Shown: positions 52,165 to 64,000 of the stretch, piece after piece
Position numbering within the stretch: position 1 is the first letter of the stretch
Layout of the letters: every line of letters begins with the position of its first letter
Assembly (NCBI RefSeq): GCF_006345805.1
Contig: NC_043007.1
Span: 41,354,001 to 41,418,000 of the forward strand
Origin: Octopus sinensis
Taxonomy: Eukaryota
Length of the DNA stretch: 64,000 nt
Direction: 5' to 3'
The notes under the pieces: generated by a model
Database searches by the model: none
Told to the model about the DNA's origin: nothing
Seen by the model: the letters and a program-made list of their open reading frames with translations, nothing else
Made by a program: the position numbers and the translations under genes

Positions 52165-53250
52165 TACAGTGAAGAATTCCGGGTAGAGGTTGGGGTCCAC
52201 TAAGGTTCAGTCCTCAGTCCCCTCCTATTTATCATAGTCCTCCAGGCAATAACGGAGGAATTCAAGACAGGTTGCCCCTGGGAGCTCCTCTATGCTGATG
52301 ACCTTGCTCTAATTGCTGAGTCACTATCAGAACTGGAGGAGAAGTTTCAGGTGTGGAAACAAGGATTAGAATCGAAGGGCCTTAGAATCAACCTAGCCAA
52401 AACCAAAGTCCTAATAAGTAGGAAGGTAGATCAATCACAAACGCCTTCAGGTAGATGGCCCTGCTCGATCTGTAAAAAAGGTGTTGGTAGAAACTCTATA
52501 AGATGCACCAAGTGTAAGCTATGGACACATAAGAGGTGCAGCAATGTTAAAGGAAGGCTAACTAGGAAAATAGTTTTTGTCTGTGGCAAATGCTCAGGAG
52601 CAATAAACACTGGAAATGTGCAGAGACCAACTTCTGCCACGTTCCAGGGAGACAAACTAGAAGTAGTTGATAGCTTCCGCTACCTAGGAGACCAAGTCAG
52701 TAGTGGGGGTGGGTGTGCTGAAAGTGTAACTGCTAGAGTAAGAATAGCCTGGGCAAAGTTTAGAGAGCTCTTACTCCTGCTGGTGACAAAAGGCCTCTCG
52801 CTCAGAGTAAAAGGCAGACTGCAGACTGTATGATGCATGTGTACGTACAGCCATGCTACATGGTAGTGAAACATGGCCGTGACTGCTGAGGATATGCGTA
52901 AGCTCGCAAGAAATGAAGCCAGTATTCTCCGATGGATGTGTAATGTCAGTGTTCATAATCGTCAGAGTGTAAGTTCCTTGAGAGAAAAGTTGAACCTAAG
53001 TAGCGTCAGTTGTGGTGTGCAAGAGAGACGGCTGCGCTGGTATGGTCATGTGACGAGAAAGGCTGAAGATAGTTGTGTGCAAAAGTGCTACACCCTAGCA
53101 GTTGAGGGAACCTGTGGAAGAGGTAGACCCAGGAAAACCTGGGACGAGGTGGTGAAGCACGACCTTCGAACTTTAGGTCTCACTAAGGAAATGTCTAGAG
53201 ACCGAGACCTATGGAAGTATGCTGTGCGTGAGAAGACCCGGCAAGACTAG
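52165..53250 (+). mobile_element. RTE-clade LINE, 5'-truncated ORF with an internal PHD-type finger
   Basis: [12 protein letters not shown] (CAA>TAA at 52201), LLYADD at 52291, INLAKTK, C4-H-C3 finger, FRYLG, RRLRWYGHV, GRPRKTW. A 7-bp duplication (gcagact x2, 52814-52827) causes a frameshift. Confidence 0.92.
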
Positions 53251-55760
53251 TCAGGCCATAACCCGTGGCCCCTACCTGGGACGTAGTCAGTCCTCCTGTG
53301 CATACCTTCCTTCTTGTGACACTTATGAAGACCTGTTGAGGCAAGTGAAAATCAAATCAAAACAAATCAAAATAGATGAACATCAGTGGAATTGTATTCT
53401 TTGTGGTACCAGTGCCGGTGGCACACAAGAAAACCACTCGAACGTGGCCGTAGCCAGTACCGCATCGACTGGCCTCCGTGCTGTGGGCACAACAAACACC
53501 ACCCGATCGTGGCCGTTCGGGCCGTAGCCAGTACTGCATCGACTGGCCTCCGTGCTGTGGGCACAACAAACACCATCCGATCGTGGCCGTTCGCCAGCCT
53601 CATCTGGCACCTGTGTCGGTGGAACATAAAAACACCATCCGAAGACCCGGCAACGTAGTCAGTCCACCTGTGCATACCTTCCCTCTTATGACACTTGTGA
53701 AGACCTGTTGAGGCAAGTGTGTGACACTTGTGAAGACCTGTTGAGGCAGAGGCAAGTGTGTGACACTTGTGAAGACCTGTTGAGGCAGAGGCAGTGTGTG
53801 TGACACTTGTGGAGACCTGTTGAGGCAAGTGTGTGACACGTGTGACACTTGTGAAGACCTGTTGAGGCAAGTGAAAATCAAACCAAATCAAAATAGATGA
53901 ACATCAATGGAATTTGTATCTTTGTGGTTCCAGTACCGGTGGCACACACAGAAAACCACCATCCGAACGTGGCCGTAGCCAGTACCGCATCGACTGGCCT
54001 CCGTGCTGTGGGCACAACAAACACCATCTGATCATGGCCGTTCGCCAGCCTCATCTGGCACCTGTGTCGGTGGCACATAAAAACACCATCCGAAAAGACC
54101 GGCAACGTAGTCAGTCCACCTGTGCATACCTTCCTTCTTATGACACTTGTGAAGACCTATTGAGGCAAGTGTGTGACACTTGTGTAGACCTGTTGAGGCA
54201 AGTGAAAATCAAATCAAATCAAACCAAATCAAAATAGATGAACATCAATGGAATTTGTATCTTTGTGGTACCAGTACCGGTGGCACACAAGAAAACCATC
54301 CGAACGTGGCTGTAGCCAGTACTGCATCGACTGGCCTCTGTGATGTGGGCACATAACAAACACCATCCGATCGTGGTGGCCCCTACCTGGGAGTCCACCT
54401 GTGCATACCTTCCTTCTTGTGACACTTGTGAAGACCTGTTGAGGCAAGTGAAAATCAACAAATCAAAAAATCAAAAAATCAAAACAAATCAAAATAGATG
54501 AACATCATTGGAATCTGTATCTCTGTGGTACCAGTGCCGGTGGCACACAAGAAAACCATTCGATCGTGGCTGTAGCCAGTACCGCATCGACTGGCCTCCG
54601 TGCTGTGGGCACATAACAAACGCCATCCGATCGTGGCCGTTCGCCAGCCTCATCTGGCACCTGTCCGAAGACCCGGCAAGACTAGTCAGGCCATAACCCG
54701 TGGCCCCTTCCTGGGACGTAGTCAGTCCACCTGTGCATACCTTCCTTCTTATGACACTTGTGAAGGACCTGTTTTGAGCAAGTGCTAATCTAATCTAATC
54801 AAATCAAATGACACTTGTGAAGACCTTTTGAGGCAATGATATAATAATAATAATAATAATAATAATCATATCATAATCATAATCAAATCCAATCAAAACA
54901 AATCAAAATAGATGAACATCAATGGAATTTGTATCTTTGTGGTACCAATGCCGGTGGCACACAAGAAAACCATCTGAACGTGGCGGTAGCCAGTACCACA
55001 TCGTGCTGTGGGCACGTAACAAACACCATCCGATCGTGGCCGTTCGCCAGCCTCATCTGGCACCTGTGTTGGTGGCACATAAAAACACCATCCAAAGACC
55101 CGGCAAGACTAGTCAGGCCATAACCCATGGCCCCTACCTGGGACGTAGTCAGTCTACCTGTGCATACCTTCCTTCTTATGACACTTGTGAAGACCTGTTG
55201 AGGCAAGTATGTGACACTTGTGAAGACCTGTTGAGGCAAGTGAAAATCAAATCAAACCAAATCAAAATAGATGAACATCAATGGAATTTGTATCTTTGTG
55301 GTACCAGTGCCGGTGGCACACAAGAAAACCATCCGAACGTGGCCGTAGCCAGTACCGCATCGACTGGCCTCCGTGCTGTGGGCACGTAACAAACACCATC
55401 CGATCATGGCCGTTCGCCAGCCTCATCTAGCACTTGTGTCGGTGGCACATAAAAACACCATCCGAGTGTGGCTGTCTGCCAGCCTCGTCTGGCACCTGTG
55501 TCGGTGGCACATAAAAAAAAAACACCATCCGAGCGTGGCCGTTCACCAGCCTCGTCTGGCACCTGTGTCAGTGGCACATAAAATCACCCACTACACTCTT
55601 GGAGTGGTTGGCGTTAGGAAGGGCATCCAGCTGTAGAAACACTGCCAGATCTGACTGGCCTGGTGCAGCCTTCGGGCTCCCCAGACTCCAGTTGAACCGT
55701 CCAACCCATGCTAGCATGGAAAGCGGACGTTAAATGAGGATGATGATGATGATGATGATA
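53233..55760 (+). repeat. Complex tandem array (six units of about 260-520 bp) built from the RTE 3' UTR, ending in the normal (GAT)n tail
   Basis: Landmark aaaatagatgaacatca occurs six times (about 53370, 53890, 54230, 54490, 54905, 55265). Sub-repeats tgacacttgtgaagacctgttgaggcaag and (AAATC)n vary in number. Confidence 0.9.
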
Positions 55761-55792
55761 TATATACATATATATATATACATATATATATA

Positions 55793-56100
55793 TCATCATC
55801 ATCATCGTTTAACGTCTGTTTTCCGTGCTAGCACGGGTTGGACGGTTCAACCGGGGTCTGGGGGAGCCAGAAGGCTGCACCAGGCTCCAGTCTGGTCTGG
55901 CAGTGTTTCTACAGCTGGATGCCCTTCCTAACGCCAACCACTCCGCGAGTGTAGTGGGTGCCTTTTACGTGCCACCTGCACAGGTGCCAGAGGGGTCTGG
56001 CATCGGCCACGGTCGGTTGGTGCTTTTTATGTGCCACCTGCACAGAAGCCAGTCGGGGTGGTGCTGGCATCGGCCACGTTCGGATGGTGCTTTTTATGTG
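55793..56100 (-). mobile_element. RTE-tail SINE-like copy, tail-to-tail with the RTE array
   Basis: Reverse complement of 55590-55760 (ggagtggttggcgttaggaagggcatccagctgtagaaac...gttaaacgatgatgat). Confidence 0.85.
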
Positions 56101-56555
56101 GGGGGGAGGGTGCAGGAATATAGGGGAGCACTGGGGGGGGGGGGTGTTCGGAGAAACGATGATAGGTTCTAGACAAGTAGAACGTAGGATATCACGACAG
56201 AGGTAATGCATGGTGAAATAGCGTATTGAAGAGGGGGTTCGAAGGTAGAGACACCTATAATGGTGGTGGGAGAAGCGACATCCGGTATAGATGAGCAAAA
56301 ATATAGAGATATCTGGTATTGGTGGTGGGGGTGGGCAAGGGCGGGTGCACCGCGAATACACGAAGGTTGATAGAGGAGAGAGCGAGGACTTAGATGGGCA
56401 AAATTATCGTAGTAACATGGAGAAATTATCAGCACATAATAATAAAGGGATATTGAGGGGGGACGGTGGAGAAATGGAGAAATTATCGGCACATAATGAT
56501 AAGAGGAATTAGGGAATACGATGACAACTGCTTAGCTTACGTAGAGACATATATA

Positions 56556-56597
<42 letters not shown>

Positions 56598-56659
56598 TAT
56601 AATATATATATATATATATATACATATAATATATATATATATATATAATATATATATAT

Positions 56660-56746
<87 letters not shown>

Positions 56747-56843
56747 CATATATATATACATATATTATACACATATATATATAATCATATAATATATATA
56801 TATATTCATAGATATATACATATATATATATACATATATACAT

Positions 56844-56883
<40 letters not shown>

Positions 56884-56898
56884 CATATATATATATAC

Positions 56899-56953
<55 letters not shown>

Positions 56954-56980
56954 TACATATATATATACATATATATATAT

Positions 56981-57055
<75 letters not shown>

Positions 57056-57112
57056 AATAGCATGAAATAAAAATCCAAGGCTGTTACAGATCAGAACATT
57101 TATAAATAGAAG

Positions 57113-57160
57113 GTCTTATAGCTGTTTCTGGGATATTTTATATATCCCTTCATCAGAGAC
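57113..57160 (-). ncRNA. Minimal type I hammerhead ribozyme motif (canonical core)
   Basis: GUCU-CUGAUGA-A-GGGAUAU(auaaa)AUAUCCC-A-GAA-ACAGCUAU-A-AGAC. Perfect stems I and II; near-palindromic stem III. Confidence 0.75.
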
Positions 57161-57324
57161 GATGTGAGAAAAAGGTTAAACAATAGTTATTCTAGATAAG
57201 ATATGAAACAGAAAGTGAAGTGAAGGAATAAAAGTAGATGTGAGATATGCAGGGATATTGTATCTGCAGTTCCTTATTTAGGCAGAATGGTATACATATA
57301 AGATTCCTGTACCTTGTGAATAAG

Positions 57325-57560
57325 TTCTTCTGGGTTCTTCTGCTTGTGTGGCATGGTGCAGAGTCCTGTTGCCAGACACAGGGTCTTCCAGCAGCCACCC
57401 TCTTGACCCAGGGCATTACTACCTCTTCAAGGCACTTGATGTAAGCCTCCATGTTGTGTCTGAGGCCGTGTGGGAAGATGAATGGAGGCATAACATCGCC
57501 ATCACTAGTGATCACTCCAAACACCATGATGTTGACTGGATGTTTGATTTTTATCATTTT
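57325..57560 (-). mobile_element. Second fragment of the same maT-like transposase family
   Basis: MVFGVITSDGDVMPPFIF...YIKCLEEVVMPW...WQQDSAPCHTSRRTQ. Confidence 0.85.
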
Positions 57561-60504
57561 TGGTACACGTCCTCAGATTGTACTGTCCACAGATTGACAC
57601 CCAAACACTCTGACATGTTCATACTGGAGCTTCTGGCACAAATGCCAAGCAGTACAACATGTCATTTCCAAATTTCTGTCAGAGTGAATTGCATCATCGT
57701 GCTATTTTTCTCACAGACAGTACCCAACTATTAATTTAATTTAAATTTTGTCTTTCTCTCAATAACAAAACATGCATTATTTACAAGGTTTGTAGCTTAT
57801 GACATGGAATGTATTATTATTACTGTGATAATTAAGGCAGTGAGTTGGCAGAGTCGTTAGCAAACTGGAAAAAAATGTTTAGCGGCATGTCATCTGTCTT
57901 TATGTTCTGAGTTCAAATTCTGCCAAGGTTGACTTTGCTTTTCAACTTTTCGTGGTCGATGAAATAAGTACCAGTTGAGCACTGGAGTCAATGCAATCGA
58001 CTAATCCCTTTCCTTCAAATTTCAGGCCTTGTGCCTATAGTAGAAATGATTATTATTATTATCATTATTGTTATTATTATTATTACTGTGATAATTTAGG
58101 TGGCATGCTGGCAGAATTGTTCGCATGCTGGGCAAAATGCTTAGCAGTATTTTGTCCATCCTTACAATCTGAGTTAAAATTCCACCAAGGCTGACTTTGC
58201 CATTCATCCTTTCAGACTCGATAAGATAAATACCAGTTGAGTACTGGGGTCAATGTAATCGATGTACCCCTTTCCCTGATCTTGCTGGTTTTATGCCAAA
58301 ATTTGAAACCATTATTGCTGTGATAATTTCCAAAATGAACTATCCTCCAAATTTGGCTTTCCAAATTTTTTTATTTTCCATTTCATAGTGAAAAGATAGA
58401 GACTACCATTCTAGAATGCTATTTTCATCTTCTCCTATCCCTGCAAAATCTACTTTCTCATCCTTCTCAAACATGCACTGATCTGACAGTTGCCATCTTT
58501 AATTACCAAATAAATTACCTTTGATCCAGTTTTTTTTTTACTGGTTTAATAAACCTTTAAGGAAAACATCTGTTCCCTGTAAAATTGCTACTTTTACAAC
58601 TCAACTTGATTTTGTGTTTTTTAATAATACGCATGGGGACACATACTCATATAAGTCTCCATGTATCTGCACCTACTTAAGATATACAATATGCATAAAA
58701 AGAAAGTAACATACTTCAATTGATTATTAATTTCTAAATGTAGAAAATATATTTTAAAGCAAATAGGGTTGGGTATACAAGGATTATTTTAGAGAGAAGA
58801 ATTTCAACATAAAGTACTTGGTGTGAATCCCTCGTCAGCTACTTGATGCCTTGAAATGGGGTGCAAAATGCAGCACATGCCCGATGGGACTCAAATACCT
58901 TTATAAGTCTGTATCTGCATCCCTATTTAGATTCATGAACAAATACACATGCCAATATGTGTGCGTGCATATATATCTATAGTATATGAATATAAATACT
59001 GACAATATATACACATACACATCTAGAATATATAAACACTTACACCTTCAATGCATAGACTTATACATCAACAGTATATAGACACATACACATCAACAAT
59101 ATATAACCATACACATATAATATATAGACATATACACTTATGATATATAGCCCACACATATATACAATATATAGACATGCACACCCATAATATGGTTGTT
59201 TAGCAAGAAATTGTGGAACCCTCATACATCATCTAATGAGTCCATGATATATATAGCTCATATTATTTGTTCTTATGTATGTCTCAACATTGTGTTAGTT
59301 TGGAACTATGCATGTGATGTTTCAATTGCAACTGGATGCTTAACGATAATGGGTCATCAAGGAACACTTAAATGCATTTTGTTACAGAGAAATAATGTTC
59401 CACTGTTAGCAGAACCAAATATTAGATATTAAAATTTACTAACATATCATCAGTGTTACCAACTCTTCTATAATGTGAGTTGTCATGCAGCTCCTCTAGA
59501 GCAAGAAACCTATTCTGTTCTGGTTCCTACTCTCACACTGTAACTCCTCATATAGCATAAAGCTGTCTTCCTCTCTACTATAGCCATACTCAATTGAAAG
59601 TGATCTTAGTCTTGCAGGTGAAATTGCAACCTCACTAGTGTTGGTGCCAGTAAAAAAACAAAAAAAAAAAACACCCAGTACATACAGTTAAATGGTTGAT
59701 GTTAGGAAGGGTAATCCAGCCATAGAAAACATGCTAAAACAGACACTGGAGTATAATGTTATCTTTGGACCCATTGGATCCTGTCAAAGCATCCAGCCTA
59801 TGTCAGCATCGAACATGGATGTTAATGATGATGATGATGGGAGGATAGTTGTGATGGTGATCATGATGGTGATATAAAGAGAAGACCATTATACATTGTA
59901 CATTATATTTTCCAAGTATTCACACTCACTAGTGCTGGTGCCACAATATAAAAAAAAGGCATCTACTACGTAATGTAAAATGGTTTGTCTTAGAAAGGTC
60001 ACACAGCAATAGAAACTCTGCAAAAGCAAACATTGGAGCACAATGCAGTCTTCAGACCTGTTGGATCCCATTAAACAATTCAACTCATACCAGCATGGAG
60101 CACAGATGTTAAAAGCAGGTAAATCCATTGATTTTAGCTGTCACTGTAATTGTAAATTATTGAAATTTATTAAATGCACTAAACAGTTTTAAACATATTA
60201 GAAACTATAAAAAAGATTTTTTCAGTCAAACTGTATAAATAAGACTGCTGTTTATGGCTTATTCAATGAATTTAATAGATGTAATTCATGTATAAATTCT
60301 GTAATAGTTAAAACACTACAGATTTAATCCATAGTAAGGTTTAGTAAATATTAAAGCAAAATGATTCAGTGTAATTTAAATCATGAAAATGGCATCAATC
60401 CAGTAAAATTTTTATAACATAACTAAATAAACATGTGTTGCATATGAGACGATGTTCCCTACTAAGTTATTAAAATATTCACTTGGTACTGTTGCTTAGC
60501 ACAA

Positions 60505-60850
60505 GATGAAGGTGCATGGCTCAGTGCTTAGAGTGCTGAGCTCACAATCATGAAGTAGTCTATTTTATTCTCAGACTGGGCTGTGTGTTGTTTTTTTTGA
60601 GCAAGACACTTTATTTCACATTGCTCCAGTTCACTCAGCTGTAAAAATGAGTTGTAATATCACTGGTGCCAAGCTGTATCAGCCTTTGCTTTTCCCTTGA
60701 ATAACACCAGTGACATGGAGAGAGAGAGAGACTGGTATGCATAGGTGACTGCTGGTCTTCCAGAAACAACCTTGCCAGGACATGTGTCTCAGAGGCTAAC
60801 TTTCTAGGTGCAATCCCATACTCATTCATGACTGAAGCAGGTCTTTACCC
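60505..60850 (+). mobile_element. tRNA-derived SINE, family C
   Basis: A-box-like tggctcagtg; body gagcaagacactttatttcacattgctccagttcactcagctg related to 39900-40180. Confidence 0.6.
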
Positions 60851-62522
60851 TTTGCCTTTCACTATTGTTAACAATTTCACTACTGCTGTTAGCCACATAA
60901 ATACCACTTGTAGCCATTTCATTATCCTGCTAACTATTTTACAGTTGCTGTTAATAATTTTACTTAATTGATGGCAACTCTTCTACTACATTAGTTACCA
61001 TTTCACTACACCATTGATGGTTCTCATTTGACCATCCTTCCTCTGGCACTCCATCACAACATTCCTTTTATTTCCTTTTCAACTACTCCCACCCACTTCT
61101 ATTCATAATGTGCTGTGAGTTAGCCATGTACCTCCTCTATAGCAAGATATCTGTGCTTGTCCCTCTGTCATACTTTAGCTTTACAACACTTGGCATAAAC
61201 CCCACTTACTCTCTCAGATATTCTCCACTTAGTAGTGGGAGCTTTCTCTTTTTCCTTTCCTTTTTTGTCTTGCAAGTTACTTGGCAATCTCAACAGTGCT
61301 GGTGACAGGAAAAAGACCCAGTACACACTGTAAGGTGGTTGATGTTAGGAAGGGTACTCAGATGTAGAAACCATGCCAAAGCTGACATTGGAAGCCAATG
61401 CAGCCTTGCAGCTCACCAGATGCAGCTAAACCATCCAATACATGGCAGCATGGAAAGGGACATCAAATGTTGAAGATGATGATGATGATCATCATCATCA
61501 CCACCACCACCACCACCACCAAAACCACCACTACCACAACCACCACCCTGATGATTATGAAGATAATGGTGATGATAATGACATTGACAATGATGATGGT
61601 GGTGGTAGTTGTGGTAGTGATGGTTTTGGCAGTGGTGATGAGGTTGATATTGATCATCATCATCATCAGCATCATGATTTAACATCCCCTTTCCATGCAA
61701 CTATGCATTGGATAGTTTGGCTGCATCTGGTGAGCTGCAAGGCCACATTGACCTCCAGTGTCAGCTTCAGCATGGTTTCCACTTCTGAGTACCCTTCCTA
61801 ACATCAACCACTTTACAGAGTGTACTGGGAGCTTTTTCCATGTCACCAGTGCTGCTGAGGTTGCCAAGTCGTTGATGATGTCATCATCATCATCATCATC
61901 ATCAAAGAAGAAGAAGAAGAACCAAGGCTGGAAATGAATTTTTGCTTTGGTTAAAGATTAATCTTTATACGAACTGGTCTTTGGAATACAAAGCCACTGC
62001 TTTCAAATAGATTATATCAATACACAAACACAAACACAAAGAGAAGATTTATTAACAAATTTCGCCAAACTCAGCTATTGTTGCTCAGTGTAAGGTAGAG
62101 TCAGTTAGCCACTGCTATCACACTGAACACCAGGCCATATCAGGTGTTATATTTTGGATACCTTCATACTTTTATACCTTTCTAGAGGATGAAGAACAAT
62201 CAATTATGTTGATGTTGTTGGCAGAACACATAGCATGGATCTACCAAAAATAAATCGAGGACAGGAATTCCTGGCATGGTGTGGTATGAAATGCATCTCA
62301 ATTATCTTTTATTTGTTTTGGCCATTTGACTGTGGCCATGCTGGGGCACCTCCTTGATGAATGTTAGTCAAATGAATCAATCCCAGTACTTTTGTTTTTT
62401 AAGCCTGGTACTTATTCTATTGGTCTCTTTTGTTGAGCTGCAAAGTTACGGGCGACATAAACACAACAACACCAGTTGTCAAGCAGAGGATGGGTAACAC
62501 ACACACACACACACACATACAA

Positions 62523-62554
<32 letters not shown>

Positions 62555-63655
62555 GATGAGCATCTTTCAGTTTCTGTCTACCAAATCTACTACTCACAAA
62601 GCTTTGGTTGGCCCAGGGCAATAGCAGAGGACACTTCTTCAAGGTTCCACACAATGGGACTGAACCGAAAACCATACTTTAGGAAGTAAAATTCTTACCT
62701 ACAGCTGCACCTAAATTGAATCTACCTTGAAATGTAACTATATACATGGACATTAACACACACACACAAAAACACACACATGCATGCATGACCATGCACA
62801 CATATATGCATGCACACACATACATAAGTAATTAAAGTTATTGTGCTTGCTTCATTAAATATGCCAGGAACACTTCACTCAATAAATTAAAACTCTTGAT
62901 CAGGCTGTAATACTCCCATCAACTTCCATCATATAGTCAATATGCATAGCTATGAAAATGTCAAAGTTTGCTACACAAAAGTTAACTGAATCAATATTGA
63001 TTCGAGGATAACACTCAAAATTCCATTAAATGATAAATAAATGTCTTCATAACATTATTATTGTTGCTATTTATAACTTCATTTATATCACACGATTACT
63101 AATGCATATACTGAATGAATATCGTTTTGAAAGATCAGATATTGCGACAAAGCATTCCCATTTTAAGCACTTCACCACCCAAAATTTTGGAATATCTTTC
63201 CTGTTGATCTCTTGGTACATTACTGAGAATCTGTCATTCTGTTATTTCTGTTCCTTTGTTGTAAGAGTTCATCATGTGAGTTCCCATTTTTAAGAGACGA
63301 TCACATCTGTCTGTCATTCTTTGAGACATATTATATACTATGTTGTTTCTCTATAGTATTGCAGTTCAGCTTTTCTGGTATTAGTTAGATATGGGAGGTG
63401 AGGGTAGTGTAGCTATTTATCTATTTCTATCTCTGTGTGTATGTATATGTATGTATGTATGTATGTATTTATATATATTTCTATATATATACGTATACAT
63501 ACTTGTAAACAAAATTTTTTGTGTACAAAGCATTGCATTAAATAATAAATGCACAAACAAGCATTTGTTTGTGCATCTGTTAGATATTTTAAACTCATTA
63601 TATATATATATACATTTATGTATATATATATATATATATACACGTACATATATAC

Positions 63656-63706
<51 letters not shown>

Positions 63707-63809
63707 CATATACATATATATATATATAGAGAGAGAGAGAGGGAGGGAGGGAGGGAGAGAGAGAGACTGACAGACAGACAGACAGACAGACAAACACAGG
63801 CAAACACAA

Positions 63810-64000
63810 ACAGACTTTGTATGTGGGACATGTTCAGGAACAATAAACACGAAGAACACATGGGAAATAGATGTTGTGGAATGTCCAGGAGCATCCCTAG
63901 AGGAAGTAGATAGCTTCTGTTACTTAGATGACCTAATGGGTGGCAGAGGAGAATACTCTGAAAGTATAGTTATTAGAACAGAAACAGGGCAAAAAAAGTT
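63810..64000 (+). mobile_element. Diverged RTE LINE fragment running off the window end
   Basis: Translates [12 protein letters not shown]...[12 protein letters not shown], homologous to FVCGKCSGAINT...LEVVDSFRYLGD of the 52 kb copy. Confidence 0.75.

Noticed and set aside
53233-55600. CRISPR-like appearance of recurring ~27-bp repeats (tgacacttgtgaagacctgttgaggca)
   Set aside because: Intervening sequences are themselves repeated rather than unique spacers, there are no cas genes, the context is eukaryotic, and the array is continuous with an RTE 3' UTR.

Overview
AT-rich, microsatellite-dense eukaryotic DNA. The SINE, RTE and CR1 repertoire looks like a coleoid cephalopod (Octopus-like); this is an inference from repeat families. 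One clear protein-coding gene is present: a UPF0669/C6orf120 homolog (CDS 27033-27644, +), with a candidate in-frame upstream exon at 20511-20596 and a candidate promoter near 9.3-9.4 kb. The rest is mostly transposon debris: an L1/Tx1-like LINE with internal deletions, CR1 and RTE LINEs (one with a PHD finger inside the RT and a 3' UTR expanded into a tandem array), an R4-like fragment, mariner/maT remnants, piggyBac-, hAT- and Tc1-type MITEs, foldback elements and many tRNA-derived SINEs. The main unexplained signal is a set of short non-coding inserts from several unrelated sequence families. Each carries a minimal type I hammerhead-ribozyme motif of the Penelope-like-element kind. Four are head-to-head palindromes, two of them with clean 13-15 bp target-site duplications. 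One has a tRNA-derived Pol III head, which suggests a SINE mobilised by Penelope machinery, and several show a U3-A8 variant core. All folds and family assignments were made by eye and need computational confirmation.
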